From positions 104,559-168,558 of the forward strand of contig NIVC01001795.1 in assembly GCA_002269645.1 (NCBI GenBank): a stretch of DNA of 64,000 nucleotides, written 5' to 3'. The notes beneath the pieces were generated by a model. It was not told where the DNA came from. It searched no databases and saw only the letters and a list, made by a program, of their open reading frames with translations. Both the position numbers and the translations under genes were made by a program. Below, piece by piece: positions 27,452-41,360 of this stretch (positions within the stretch are counted from its first letter, which is position 1; every line of letters begins with the position of its first letter). This DNA comes from Macrostomum lignano. Taxonomy: Eukaryota.

Positions 27452-28155
27452 GCTCTCACCCTCCTGTCTCCCTCTCCCTCACCCTCCTGTCTCAGCTCTC
27501 TTACCCTCCTTTCTCATCTCTCTCGCCCTGTTGTCTCCCCTCGCCCTCCTGTCTCCCCCTCTCCCTCTCCCTCCTGTCTCCCCTCACCCCCTGTCTCCCC
27601 CCATCACCCTCCTTTCTCACCTCTCTCGCCCTCTTGTCACCCCTCACCCTCCTGTCTCCCCCTCACCCCTTGTCTCCCCCTCACCCTCCTGTCCCCCCTC
27701 TCTCTCCCTCCTGTCACCCCCTCACCCCTGAATCCCCCCTCACCCCCTGTCTCCCCCTCTCCCTCTCCCTCCTGTCTCCCCCTCACTCCCTGTCTCCCCT
27801 CACCCCCTGTCTCCCCCTCACCCTCCTGTCTCCCCTCCCCCTCTCCCTCCTGTCTCCCCCTCACCCCCTGTCTCCCCCCTCACCCCTGTTTCCCCCTCTC
27901 CCTCTCCCTCCTGTCTCCCCCTCACTCCCTGTCTCCCCCTTCACCCTCCTGTCTCCCCCTCTCCCTCACCCTCCTGGCTCCCCTTCCTCACCTTCCCGTC
28001 TCCCCTTCTCTCCATCTCCTGTTTCTCTCTCTCTCCCTCTGTCTCCCTCTCTTTCTCCCTCTCTCAACCCCAGTCTCCCTCTCTCACCCTCCTGTCTCCT
28101 CTTCTCCTATCCTCCCGTGTTCCCTCTCTCACCCTACTTCTCCCTCCCTCTCTTT
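27452..28155. repeat. Pyrimidine-rich array (CCCTCCTGTCTCCCC variants)
   Basis: Direct inspection. Confidence 0.88.
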
Positions 28156-28384
28156 TCCTTGTGTTACTGCTCGCTCTCTCGAGCCCTTCTGCCCCCACTC
28201 CCACTTATCCCAACACAGAACAAAAAACTCATGCAGTCAAGAACGGAGCAGACCTGCAGCCTCAGAGCTCCTTCATCTTTTTTACATAGAGACTGCTCTC
28301 TCACCTTGTGTCGCTGATAAGGAGGAACCTGGGGCCTCAACGTCTAAATACTTGATATTGCGGTGTGTGCACCGGGTCTGCTAC

Positions 28385-28417
28385 TGTGTGTGTGTGTGAG
28401 TGTGTGTGTGTGTGTAC
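28385..28417. repeat. (TG)n microsatellite
   Basis: Short interrupted run. Confidence 0.8.
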
Positions 28418-28804
28418 ACAGCACACAGCAAACTTTAATATCGCTGGCTCGCGGCTCCTACCCGCCGCCACCAAGTGAGGAAGGAGAAGTGATAAGCCAC
28501 AGGGAGGTGATGGGGCGCCTTCTCCTCACCCTCAGCCACTGTCAACACCCCGGCTGGTCTCGAATATCCCCTCAGCACAGGAAACTCCACAGCTTCCCCA
28601 GATGCGCCGCTAAGAGAGGGGAGAATTTTCCCGGGGAGATTGCGGCTTGATAAAAAGCAGTTTATTACGATTCTTGCCTCCGTTCTTTTGGAGGTTTTTT
28701 CTGCAACAGCTGGCGATTGGAATCGGCCAGCCCAGGCGATCTGGATGCGGACTGTGCGCCTCCCAGACAAGCTTACGACTCCCAGTGTCCTGATTCTTTC
28801 TTTC

Positions 28805-29325
28805 AAATCCCAAAACTCTCCAACCCTAAACCCTTAAAATACTCAAATCGCAAATCCCCTAAACTCCCAAATCCCAAATCCCCAAACTCTCTAAACCCAT
28901 CCTAAAACTCTCAAAACCCCCTATCTCAAAACTCCCGAATTCCACATCCCAAATCCCCAAAACTCCTAAATCCCAAATCTCCGAAACTTCCAAGTCCCAA
29001 ATCCCAAAAACTCCTAAGTATCAAATCCCAAAAACTCCCAAGTCCCAAATCCCAATAACTTTCAAATCCCAAATCCCAAATCCCAAAAACTCCCAAATCC
29101 CAAATCTCCAAAACTCCCAAATCCCAAATCTCCGAAACTTCCAAGTCCCAAATCCCAAAAACTCCCAAGTATCAAATCCCAAAAACTCCCAAGTCCCAAA
29201 TCCCAATAACTTCCAAATCCCAAATCCCAGTTCCCAAAAACTCCCAAATCCCAAATCCCAAAAACTTCCAAATCCCAAATCCCAAATCCCCAAAACTTCC
29301 AAATCCCAAATCCCAAAATCTGTAA
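28805..29325. repeat. (TCCCAAA)-based array with about 151-bp higher-order unit
   Basis: AAGTATCAAATCCC at 29016 and 29167. Confidence 0.9.
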
Positions 29326-29842
29326 TCCTCAAAAACTGCGAAATCACAAAATTTTGCGATAAAATGTGTTAAAAACGAATGGGTTTCCACTCCAGAGTTT
29401 ACTGCTCAGATGTCCTTGAATAGCGAGTCCCCACCGCTATCGGAGGCGCCCGGGTCTTCCATCATCATTCTTGTGTCTAATTCTATAAATACACTCGTTT
29501 CATATGACTAATATTCAAGCGATAAGCGCCGATATGTTTCAAAGAAAATCTAAGCAACAAAACAAATTCCCAGAGGGCCGGCAGGGCGGACCGCTGGGCA
29601 TAAAATGGATCTGACCAGCTGTCATCGCGGCCTCTGCGGATGAGGCTGCAGTTTAGGATGCTGGACCTGGAAAAAGTTGTTAAGTTAATTTAGACAAAAG
29701 TCTCACCGAAAAAAGCATACAGGAAGGCAGAGCGCTATCGGCTCAGGACTTTGCGGTTCAATAAAACCGAGTTAAATTCATATTTCAATTAAATTTCGAA
29801 TTGGTTAAGATTAAGGTTGGTACAAATTAATTTTGCTGAATA

Positions 29843-30775
29843 TTCGGGTTCAGTGAAGATTCGGGTTCAGTGATGATTCGGGTTCAGTGATGAAGACTCG
29901 GGTTCAGTGAAGATTCGGGTTCAGTGAAGATTCTGGTTCAGTGAAGATTTGGGTTTAGTGAAGATTCGGGTTCAGTGATGAAGACTCGGGTTCAGTGAAG
30001 ATTCGGGTTCAGTGATGAAGATTCGGGTTCAGTGAAGATTCGGGTTCAGTGAAGATTCGGGTTTAGTGAAGATTCGGGTTCAGTGAAGATTCGGGTTCAG
30101 TGAAGATTCGAGTTCAGTGAAGATTCGGGTTCAGTGAAGATTCGGGTTCAGTGAAGATTCGGGTTCAGTGAAGATTCGAATTTAGTGAAGATTCGGGTTC
30201 AGTGAAGATTCGGGTTCAGTGAAGATTCTGGTTCAGTGAAGATTCGGGTTCAGTGAAGATTCGGGGTCAGTGAAGATTCGAATTTAGTGAAGATTCGGGT
30301 TCAGTGAAGATTCGGGTTCAGTGAAGATTCTGGTTCAGTGAAGATTCGGGTTCAGTGAAGATTCGGGGTCAGTGAAGATTCTGGTTCAGTGAAGATTTGG
30401 GTTTAGTGAAGATTCGGGGTCAGTGAAGATTCGGGTTTAGTGAAGATTCGGGTTCAGTGAAGATTCGGGTTCAGTGAAGATTCGGGTTCAGTGAAGATTC
30501 GGGTTCAGTGAAGATTCGAATTTAGTGAAGATTCGGGTTCAGTGAAGATTCGGGTTCAGTGAAGATTCGGGTTCAGTGAAGATTCGAATTTAGTGAAGAT
30601 TCGGGTTTAGTGAAGATTTGAGTTCAGTGAAGATTCGGGTTTAGTGAAGATTCGGGTTCAGTGAAGATTCGGGTTTAGTGAAGTTTCGGGCTCAGTGAAG
30701 ATTCGGGTTATGTGAAGTTTCGGGCTCAGTGAAGATTCAGGTTCAGTGAAGATTCGGGTTCAGTGAAGATTCGGG
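29843..30775. repeat. 17-bp minisatellite GATTCGGGTTCAGTGAA
   Basis: About 54 units. Confidence 0.97.
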
Positions 30776-31399
30776 TAAGACTCGTGCTAAAATCGACTCA
30801 TCAGAGAGTTGCAAAAGAGAATCTCTCACACAGAGAAGTCCCTCCTTCACCCAATTGACACGCAGATCAAGAAATTCGCCGGCTGGAGATTTTATCGACT
30901 GAGTCGCGGTCGGGCAGCCGAAGCCAAGGCTAACTCAATGACGGCTGGCCCCACAGACAGCCCGGCAACTTCTTTCGCCCTCGGCAACTGCGGCACAGAT
31001 TTTGAGGGGCTGGCCAAAGTCGGCAAAAAGACCGAATTCGCGGCACTCTGCCCCTCTGTCTCTGACCCCCCGGACCCAGTGTGAACTCAAACAATTAGGA
31101 GTCCAAGCCATGAGCCCTCGAGTGGAGAAAAGGTCCGCGCAGCTTCATCAGCGCGAGAGACTGTCCCGAAAGATCTCACACTTTGAGCTGGGGCTAAACT
31201 CGGCTCCCGGCTTCATCTCCAGTTGGTGAGGACAAGTTCTTCGATTTCGGGATTTGCCACCCCCGATCTCTCTTTCGGCCGAGCGCGGGGATTTCTGCTT
31301 TTGGAAGCACTGTGAAAATTTCTGATTGAGAGTTGAGAAATTCTTCTCCCTGACAATCAGCATTGCATTGTCTCAGCACCCCAATCTGCCCTGAGATGA

Positions 31400-32185
31400 G
31401 CGAATCTCTCATCTCACCCTAGTCTTTGTCTAATATCTCATCTCACCCTAGTCTTGATCTTATCTCTCATCTCAACCTCAGTTTTGATTCTCTAATCTCA
31501 CCCCCAGTCTTGATCTTATCTCTCATCTCACCTCCAATCTGGATCGTATCTCTCATCTCACACCCAGTCTGGATCTTATCTCTCATCTCACCCTCAGTCT
31601 GGATCGTATCTCTCATCTCACACCAGTCTGATTCTTATCTCTCATCTCACACCAAGTCTGGATATTATCTCTAATCTCACACCCAGTCTGGATCTTATCT
31701 CTAATCTCACACCCAGTCTGGATCTTATCTCTAATCTCACACCCAGTCTGGATCTTATCTCTAATCCTACACCCAGTCGGAATCTTATCTTTCTTCTCAC
31801 CCCAGTCTGAACCATCTCTCATCTCATCCCCAGTCTGGATCTTATCTTTATCTCACACCAGCCTGAATCTTATCTATTATCTCACCCCAGTCTTGATTAT
31901 CTCATCTCACCTCCAATCTGGATCTTATCTCTAATCTCACACCCAGTCTGGATCTTATCTCTAATCTCACACCAAGTCTGGATCTTATCTCTAATCTCAC
32001 ACCCAGTCGGAATCTTATCTTTCTTCTCACCCCCAGTCTGAACCATATCTCTCATCTCATCCCCAGTCTGGATCTTATCTTTATCTCACACCAGTCTTAA
32101 TATTATCTATTATCTCACCCCCAGTCTTGATTATCTCATCTCACCTCGAGTCTGGATCTTATCTCTCATCTCACCCTCGGCTTGG
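31400..32185. repeat. About 30-bp minisatellite ATCTCTCATCTCACACCCAGTCTGGATCTT
   Basis: Block duplication of about 230 bp within the array. Confidence 0.92.
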
Positions 32186-32689
32186 ATCATATATACCTTC
32201 AGTCTGCTTTTATACTATTCTGAACAGAATGTCAGAAGCCCCGCTCTCATGCCTCAGAAAGTGCCACCCCACAACTGTCCACATTCTCCATCACTCATTT
32301 TAACTCTATTAACCCGCTGCGTTCCTTGGAGTTCGAAAATGAAATTCTGCAGTGCTTTTTTTCAGCAGAAGTTTTGGTTGCAACAAAGTGAGGATATTGG
32401 TGACTGCAGAGTAAATTCTGCTGGGTTCGCACCGGGATGCCAACTGAGGTTGCAAACTGCCCCTCAACCCAGGCCGCGGGACACATTCCACGCTTTGCCG
32501 ATAGGCAGGAGAAATGCGATTATTTATTGCCAAGAATGTCGCGCGACACCCGGCTTAAGCGTCTTGGGGTTCTTGTTGCCAAGAGGGTCAGGATCGGCGG
32601 GGACGAAGTATACCGCCGATACAGCCGGCAGATATTACGCGAAAAGACAAACAGAAAAATTAGACTGATAAAAGAACTGATGGACATGG

Positions 32690-33220
<531 letters not shown>

Positions 33221-33614
33221 AAATGGCAGCTAAAATTTTCAATTCATTTCTCGCGCATTTTCCTATGCCGCACGCGGTGAGTCACGGGCCCGATGGGCAG
33301 CAAGACGCACGCCAGAGAGCGGATATGAGCGGCCATGCAAGCAGTGCGCAGTCAGCAAAATTAACTGCCGAGATTAGAAATAGGCAGCAGAAAAATGGCG
33401 GCATTCCTCAATAAAGACTCGAATATCCGAACCACATGGCGATGATTTATTCCTGTTAAATAATCGTCATGGATTTTACAAGCCGCACACCAGGCATGTA
33501 ATGTACGCTCAGCATCTCAGAGTCATGGCTAGGTGCATCTCTGGTAGTATTTTTGCATAAATGCAAATTGAAGTCCATCACCTTCGCAAAACCAGCTGCG
33601 GGGCGTCCTTAACG

Positions 33615-34015
33615 AGGCGCCATTTTAGTTGAGAGGGCGCCATTTCAATTGCTGGGGCGCAATTCCATTTAAGAGGGCGTCATTTTATTTGTGTCGCCGC
33701 CATTCCATTTGAGTTAGCGGTTTTTCATTTGAGGGGGGCGCCATTTTATTTGAGAGGGCGCCATCTCAGTTGAGGGGCGCCATTTCAGTTGAGGGGCGCC
33801 ATCTCAGTTGAGGGGCGCCATTTCAGTTGAGGGGGCGCCATTTCATTTGAGGGGGCGCCATTTCAGTTGAGGGGGCGCCATTTCAGTTGAGGGGGCGCCA
33901 TTTCATTTGAGGGGCGCCATCTCTGTTGAGGGGGCGCCATTTCAGTTGAGGGGGCGCCATTTCAGTTGAGGGGGAGCCAGTTAACTTTAGGGGGCGCCAT
34001 TTCATTTGAGGGGCG
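33615..34015. repeat. 21-22-bp minisatellite GCGCCATTTCAGTTGAGGGG(G)
   Basis: About 17 units. Confidence 0.93.
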
Positions 34016-34689
34016 GTTTCTGATTTTCAACTACATCCATAGGTAGTCTATCCCGCACACTTGTATCTGATGGCTACTCAGGAAACTGAATGCCAAAGCC
34101 AAGTATGATATTTCATATCTTCCAAAATCAGATCCCCGCAACTTGACATGCTAAATCTCCTTCCTGCCTCCTTAGCCCTCTTTCTTGAGCTGCTGGGCGA
34201 TGACGTCACAAGGGACGAGGAGGATGCGGGGCATTGCGCGGGACCATGTCGCGGCTAACCAAGCAGAAAACGGGCGCATCATTTATTCTTTCGCCTGACC
34301 GCTCGCATTTAGCTTAGCCAGGCCGAATTCAGCCAGAATGAAATCAGCTGACCGGGACTTCCACTCGCTAGGATAACAAAAGAGATCAGCGGCTGGGCGG
34401 TGTTTGAAGTGAACACTGACTCAACTGCATGTACAACGCCTGCGCCAGCTGCTGCTGCAGGACCAATGCAGAATGATCTACAATGTGCATGACTGCAGCT
34501 TCACTTGGCTGGATAACTACCCCAGTCTAGAGATCTAGTTATACTGCAGATGTCAAACATGTACAGGTTGTCAGTGCCAGAGCTATAGGATGATGACAGA
34601 AAGGGTGCCAAAAGGCACCGCAGGGGTTGCTGGCAAGGGGGTTCAGAAGGCCCTTTGAATTCAGGGGCGTGTGCAGGGGCTTCAGGAAG

Positions 34690-35162
34690 CGCTAGCAGGG
34701 TATTCAGGGAGTGCTAGCAGGGTATAAGGGAGTGCTTAGCAGGATATTCAGAGAGTACTAGCAGGGTATTCAGGGAGTGCTAGCAGGGTATTCAGAGAGT
34801 GCTAGCAGGGTATTCAGGGAGTGCTAGCAGGGTATTCAGGGAATGCTAGCAGGGTATTCAGGGAATGCTAGCAGGGTATTCAGGGAATGCTAGCAGGGTA
34901 TTCAGGGAATGCTAGCAGGGTATTCAGGGAATGCTAGCAGGGTATTCAGGGAATGCTAGCAGGGTATTCAGGGAGTGCTAGCAGGGTATTCAGGGAGTGC
35001 TAGCAGGGTATTCAGGGAATGCTAGCAGGGTATTCAGAGAGTGCTAGCAGGGTATTCAGAGAGTGCTAGCAGGGTATTCAGGGAGTGCTAGCAGGGTATT
35101 CAGGGAGTGCTAGCAGGGTATTCAGGGAGTGCTAGCAGGGTATTCAGGGAGTGCTAGCAGGG
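34690..35162. repeat. 22-bp minisatellite GCTAGCAGGGTATTCAGGGA(G/A)T
   Basis: About 21 units. Confidence 0.96.
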
Positions 35163-35716
35163 CTCAGGCAGCAACAGCACACAATCAGAGGGTCAAAATA
35201 ACAACAAGAAGGCAATGACATACGCAGGAACGGAGAACCACCAATATATGATCTTCAATAGGGAATTCTGGATGCGGGCAAAAAGTTTCTTTCTGCATCG
35301 CTGAGCTCAGTTTGGCACTCCTGGGGGGATTCCGAGGACAGTGCCAGGGGAGCCAGTGAAACACACAGAGCGGGCAGCAGATTGCAGAGGCGATTATCTC
35401 TACGGGCCCGCGTTGCCGGACCAATTGATCCCCACTCGGAGCCGGCCGGCAAAGAGGCCCCACGGGAAGCGAGCGACTCCGCCCGCATTTCATCCCGGAT
35501 TTCAGCCGCCACATCTGCATGCGCTGGTGCGTGAGCTCGCAATTTTTAACTGTTTTTTTCTACTATCGTTCTGTTGAATTAAATCGAGTGTCGCGTAGCC
35601 TACTTAAAGTAGGCTTACAAGCATTTGCACAGCTAGCATTTACAAACTTCGAGTATTCACTTATAAATAGTATTTTCAGAAAGAAAATGTATTGTTACAT
35701 ACGTACTCTCCAATAG

Positions 35717-35955
35717 CACCTGACAGGTAGCAGTCAGACTGTCTTGTCAGTCTGTCAGTCAGCTATCACCTGACAGGTTAGCAGTCAGACTGTCTTGTCA
35801 GTCTGTCACTCAGCTAACACCTGACAGGTTAGTAGTCAGAATGTCCAGTCAGTCAGCTATCACCTGACAGATTAGTAGTCAGAATGTCCTGTCAGTCAGC
35901 TATCACCTGACAGGTAGCAGTCAGAATGTCCTGTCAGTCAGCTATCACCTGACAT
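35717..35955. repeat. 40-50-bp minisatellite CACCTGACAGGT(T)AG(C/T)AGTCAGA...GTCAGCTAT
   Basis: About 5 units. Confidence 0.85.
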
Positions 35956-36688
35956 GGAAAAGCAATAAACACAGAAGCAGATTCAGCAAGATGTTCGTGT
36001 CAGTCAAGGCCAGTCCACTGCCTGTGAGTTCAAGCGCAACGCCAACACCAACGGCCATGTTTATAATTGGGCAGAAATGTACACAGTTATATTTTTACTA
36101 GAATTAATTTCAATTACTACTTCTTAGTCAGTAATAAGTGAGAGAAAATGTGACAGGCTACTAAAGTTGATCAATGTTTCACACAATATTCAATATAGCA
36201 GATCACACACGCCCCCCTATAAAACAGAGATTTAAATATTGAATAAATGTATGATAATTAATTCGGCAATTTAAAACTTGTGCAGCACAAACTCGAGTCT
36301 CAGGTTAAAGCAACAGATTGAAGCAGACGGAGAAGGAAGCGGTCGGAGAAGCTCCAGATTAGGAAAGGAAATTGACACGAACGGAAATATGTTAATCCAG
36401 GAAATTATTGTTTTGATTGTTGGCAAATCAGTTAGAAAAATCTATATCCCAAACTACCTGCTCTTACTTTTTCACCCTTTGCTCACTTTATCCAACATTC
36501 ATTTCTCAAGCGTGAGACATCAAGAAAAAATTAATTGGAAATTGGAAAAAAATTAAAACAAATTATTATAAAACCGCGAACACTACAGACAGCTCAACTG
36601 CAGAATCATGAATAAAAAATATTGATTATTACCAACAGCCCCGCGGCCGCCCGCCGAGCTTCAATGCAGTCAATATTAATTTGCATTA

Positions 36689-36694
36689 TTTATT
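36689..36694 (-). terminator. Candidate polyadenylation signal (AATAAA) for CK2 alpha
   Basis: AATAAA on the minus strand about 28 nt after the stop; the AT-rich region continues to about 36.0 kb, so distal sites are possible. Confidence 0.4.
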
Positions 36695-36721
36695 AACCAT
36701 GGTCGGATTGTGCCAGCCAAC

Positions 36722-36777
36722 TCAGTTTTGATAGATGGGACCCGAACTGCCGGAGGTGGCTGTGCCGTAGCCGACAG
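36722..36777 (-). CDS. csnk2a1: Casein kinase II alpha, terminal exon 6
   Basis: CTTCTCCCAACCCCCGCAG| acceptor; phase 1 gives AVGYGTATSGSSGPIYQN-TGA; AT-rich UTR follows. Confidence 0.75.
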
Positions 36778-36811
36778 CTGCGGGGGTTGGGAGAAGCGAT
36801 TCGACATTTTT

Positions 36812-37437
36812 CAGCTCTTGATCTAATCTCTTAGCAGCTCTTGATCTAATCTCCTAGCAGCTCTTGATCTAATCTCCTAGCAGCTCTTGATCTAATCTCC
36901 TAACAGCTCTTGATCTAATCTCTTAGCAGCTCTTGATCTAATCTCCTAACAGCTCTTGATCTAATCTCTTAGCAGCTCTTGATCTAATCTCCTAGCATCC
37001 AATCTAATCTCCTAGCAGCTCTTGATCTAATCTCCTAGCATCCAATATAATCTAGCAGCTCTTGATCTAATCTCCTAGCATCCAATATAATCTAGCAGCT
37101 CTTGATCTAATCTCCTAGCATCCAATATAATCTAGCAGCTCTTGATCTAATCTCCTAGCATCCAATATAATCTAGCAGCTCTTGATCTAATCTCCTAGCA
37201 TCTCATGATTTAATCTCCTAGCATCTCATGATTTAATCTCCTAGCAGCTCTTGATCTAATCTCCTAGCAGCTCATAATCTAATCTCTCAGCATCTCATGA
37301 TCTAATCTCCTAGCATCTCATGATTGAATCTCCTAGCATCTCATGATTTAATCTCCTAGCATCTCATGATCTAATCTCCTAGCATCTCATGATCTAATCT
37401 CCCAGCATCTCATGATCTAATCTCCTAGCATCTCATA
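36812..37437. repeat. 23-bp minisatellite CAGCTCTTGATCTAATCTCCTAG (CK2 intron 5)
   Basis: Unit drifts along the array. Confidence 0.95.
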
Positions 37438-37447
37438 ATCTACTCAC

Positions 37448-37561
37448 CGCCTGCGGAGCTGCCGCCGATGCCGGTGGCCCCAGCGGAACCGGCCGTGCCG
37501 TCAGGTGCGAGAGCGGAGGAGTTTGCTGGCGGCATGCCGCCCTGGTCCCGCACGATGGGAG
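37448..37561 (-). CDS. csnk2a1: Casein kinase II alpha, exon 5
   Basis: Pyrimidine-rich CCCCGCAG| acceptor; continues YF-TPIVRDQGGMPPANSS... in phase 1; donor G|GTGAGT. Confidence 0.85.
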
Positions 37562-37699
37562 CTGCGGGGCAGACAGGGGGACGGAGCTCCATTGACTCAG
37601 ATGCTGCTTCAGTCTCAAGTCTCAGATCCCACCCATAACTATATTTCTATATCTTTTATCTAGAACCTAGATCCCAGATATAGAGCAATAGATCCCTAC

Positions 37700-38685
37700 A
37701 CTACAGTCTCAGATCCCTACACTTCAGTCCATATCCCTATACTTCAGTCCCATATCCCACACTTTAGTCCATTTCCCACACTTCATTCCTATATCCCCAC
37801 ACTTCAGTCCCATATCCCACACTTCAGTCCCATATCCCACACTTCATTCCATATCCCTACACTTCAGTCCCATATCCCACACTTCAGTCCCATATCCCAC
37901 ACTTCAGTCCCATATCCCACACTTCATTCCATATCCCTACACTTCAGTCCCATATCCCACACTTCAGTCCATATCCCTACACTTCAGTCCCATATCCCAC
38001 ACTTCATTCCATATCCCTACACTTCAGTCCCATATCCCACACTTCAGTCCCATATCCCACACTTCATTCCTATATCCCCACACTTCAGTCCCATATCCCA
38101 CACTTCAGTCCCATATCCCACACTTCAGTCCATATCCCTACACTTCAGTCCCATACCCCACACTTCAGTCCCATATCCCACACTTCAGTCCATATCCCAC
38201 ACTTCAGTCCCATATCCCACACTTCAGTCCCATATCCCACACTTCAGTCCCATATCCCACACTTCATTCCATATCCCTACACTTCAGTCCCATACCCCAC
38301 ACTTCAGTCCCATATCCCACACTTCAGTCCATATCCCACACTTCAGTCCCATATCCCACACTTCAGTCCCATATCCCACACTTCATTCCTATATCCCCAC
38401 ACTTCAGTCCCATATCCCACACTTTAGTCCCAGATCCCACACTTCAGTCCCATATCCCACACTTCAGTCCCATATCCCACACTTCATTCCTATATCCCCA
38501 CACTTCAGTCCCATATCCCACACTTCAGTCTTAGATCCCCACACTTCAGTCCCATATCCCACACTTCATTCCTATATCCCCACACTTCAGTCCCATATCC
38601 CACACTTCAGTCTTAGATCCCCACACTTCAGTCCCATATCCCACACTTCATTCCTATATCCCCACACTTCATTCCCATATCCCAC
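37700..38685. repeat. 20-bp minisatellite CACACTTCAGTCCCATATCC (CK2 intron 4)
   Basis: Direct inspection. Confidence 0.96.
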
Positions 38686-38702
38686 ACGCCAGCCCAGCTC
38701 AC

Positions 38703-39054
38703 TGAAGTAGGGATGCTCCATGGCCTCCCTGGCGGTGAGGCGCTCCGCGTGATCGTAGCGCAGCAGCCGATCGAGAAAGTCGATGGCCTCGGCGCTGACG
38801 AGATGCTGATTGGCGGTATGGACGAAGCGCTCCCACCGCTTCCTGCTGTGCTTGGCCAGAATGTCGTTAAACCGCGCGTCCAATGCCATCTGGTACTTCC
38901 TGATGTAGGCGAACAGCTCGTCAGTGCCCAGCACCTTGGCGATGCGCACCAGCTGGTCGTAGTTGTCGTGGCCGTGGAAGAACGGCTCCTTCTTGAAGAT
39001 CATGGAGGCGAACATGCAGCCCAGGCTCCACATGTCCAAGGAGTAATCGTACAT
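38703..39054 (-). CDS. csnk2a1: Casein kinase II alpha, exon 4
   Basis: [13 protein letters not shown]...[22 protein letters not shown]...AMEHPYF; 352 bp ending in phase 1 at a GTGAG donor. Confidence 0.97.
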
Positions 39055-39077
39055 CTGGACGGTCGTGTGAAGCGAGG

Positions 39078-40595
39078 AAGCTGAGGCTACCTGAGCTGCC
39101 ATACCTGAAGCTACCTGAGCTGCCATACCTGAGCTGTCATACCTGAAGCTACCTGAGCTGCCATACCTGAAGCTACCGGAGCTGCCATACCTGAAGCTAC
39201 CTGAGCTGTCATACCTGAAGGCGTGAAGCTACCTGAGCTGCCATACCTGAGCTGTCATACCTGAAGCTACCTGAGCAGCCATACCTGAAGCTACCTGAGC
39301 AGCCATACCTGAAGCTACCTGAGCTGCCATACCTGAGCTGCCATACCTGAAGCTACCTGAGCTGCCATACCTGAAGCTACCTGAGCTGCCATACCTGAAG
39401 CTACCTGAGCAGCCATACCTGAAGCTACCTGAGCTGCCATACCTGAAGCTACCTGAGCAGCCATACCTGAAGCTACCTGAGCTGCCATACCTGAAGCTAC
39501 CTGAGCTGTCATACCTGAAGCTACCTGAGCTGCCATACCTGAAGCTACCTGAGCTGCCATACCTGAAGCTACCTGAGCTGTCATACCTGAAGCTACCTGA
39601 GCTGCCATACCTGAAGCTACCTGAGCTGCCATACCTGAAGCTACCTGAGCTGCCATACCTGAAGCTACCTGAGCTGTCATACCTGAAGCTACCTGAGCTG
39701 TCATACCTGAAGCTACCTGAGCTGCCATACCTGAAGCTACCTGAGCTGCCATACCTGAAGCTACCTGAGCTGCCATACCTGAAGCTACCTGAGCTGTCAT
39801 ACCTGAAGCTACCTGAGCTGCCATACCTGAAGCTACCTGAGCTGCCATACCTGAAGCTACCTGAGCTGCCATACCTGAAGCTACCTGAGCTGCCATACCT
39901 GAAGCTACCTGAGCTGTCATACCTGAAGCTACCTGAGCTGCCATACCTGAAGCTACCTGAGCTGCCATACCTGAAGCTACCTGAGCTGCCATACCTGAAG
40001 CTACCTGAGCTGCCATACCTGAAGCTACCTGAGCTGCCATACCTGAAGCTACCTGAGCTGCCATACCTGAAGCTACCTGAGCTGCCATACCTGAAGCTAC
40101 CTGAGCTGTCATACCTGAAGCTACCTGAGCTGCCATACCTGAAGCTACCTGAGCTGCCATACCTGAAGCTACCTGAGCTGCCATACCTGAAGCTACCTGA
40201 GCTGTCATACCTGAAGCTACCTGAGCTGCCATACCTGAAGCTACCTGAGCTGCCATACCTGAAGCTACCTGAGCTGCCATACCTGAAGCTACCTGAGCTG
40301 CCATACCTGAAGCTACCTGAGCTGCCATACCTGAAGCTACCTGAGCTGTCATACCTGAAGCTACCTGAGCTGCCATACCTGAAGCTACCTGAGCTGCCAT
40401 ACCTGAAGCTACCTGAGCTGTCATACCTGAAGCTACCTGAGCTGTCATACCTGAAGCTACCTGAGCTGCCATACCTGAAGCTACCTGAGCTGCCATACCT
40501 GAAGCTACCTGAGCTGCCATACCTGAAGCTACCTGAGCTGCCATACCTGAAGCTACCTGAGCTGCCATACCTGAAGCTACCTGAGCTGCCATACC
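39078..40595. repeat. 24-bp minisatellite CTGAAGCTACCTGAGCTG(C/T)CATAC (CK2 intron 3)
   Basis: About 62 units; source of the spurious 474-aa and 432-aa ORFs. Confidence 0.98.
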
Positions 40596-40655
40596 CGAGG
40601 TTATATTTCGCAATGATATTTAAAGTATCAAAGTAAGGCGATGTCAAAGGCAAAC

Positions 40656-40766
40656 CTGATAATCCAGCAGCAGTTCGGGCCCCTTGAAGTACCGGGATGC
40701 CACCCGCACATTGTACTCCTGGCCGGCGTGGTAGAACTCCGCAAGGCCCCAGTCAATGAGGCGGAG
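40656..40766 (-). CDS. csnk2a1: Casein kinase II alpha, exon 3
   Basis: [37 protein letters not shown] (CK2-specific DWG, 37 codons), phase 0/0; absent from the ORF track. Confidence 0.96.
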
Positions 40767-40783
40767 CTGCAAGAATTTAGGTA

Positions 40784-41360
40784 AAGTAAACTGGGGAATT
40801 CAGATCTCTGAGGTGAACTGGGGAATTCAGATCTCTGAGGTAAACGTAAACTGGGAATTCAGATCTCTGAGGTAAACTGGGGAACTTAGATCTCTGAAAT
40901 AAACTGGGGAATTCAGATCTCTGAGGTAAACGTAAACTGGGGAATTCAGATCTCTCAAATAAACTGGGGTACTCAGATCTCTGAGGTAAACTGGGGAATT
41001 CAGATCTCTCAAATAAACTGGGGTACTCAAATCTCTGAGGTAAACTGGGGAATTCAGATCTCTGAGGTAAACGTAAACTGGGAATTCAGATCTCTGAGGT
41101 AAACTGGGAAACTTAGATCTCTGAAATAAACTGGGGAATTCAGATCTCTGAGGTAAACGTAAACTGGGAATTCAGATCTCTCAAATAAACTGGGGTACTC
41201 AGATCTCTGAGGTAAACTGGGGAATTCAGATCTCTGAAATAAACTGGGGAATTCAGATCTCTGAGATAAACTGGGGAATTCAGATCTCTGAGATAAACTA
41301 GGGAATTTATATGCATCAGATAAACTGGGGAATTTAGATCTATCAGATAAACTGGGGAAT
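40784..41360. repeat. 27-bp minisatellite GTAAACTGGGGAATTCAGATCTCTGAG (CK2 intron 2)
   Basis: Direct inspection. Confidence 0.95.

Noticed and set aside
28805-29325. Telomere-like (TTTGGGA)n
   Set aside because: Not TTAGGG or TTTAGGG, heavily interrupted, interstitial
39229-40653. 474-aa and 432-aa ORFs (YGSSGSFR / MAAQVASG repeats)
   Set aside because: Translations of the 24-bp array in CK2 intron 3; the intron length (1601 bp) is not a multiple of 3, so retention would not be in frame
40590-40653. SPYFDTLNIIAKYNL resembles CK2 HPYF and IDKYNI pieces
   Set aside because: Short, out of order and intronic; probably chance
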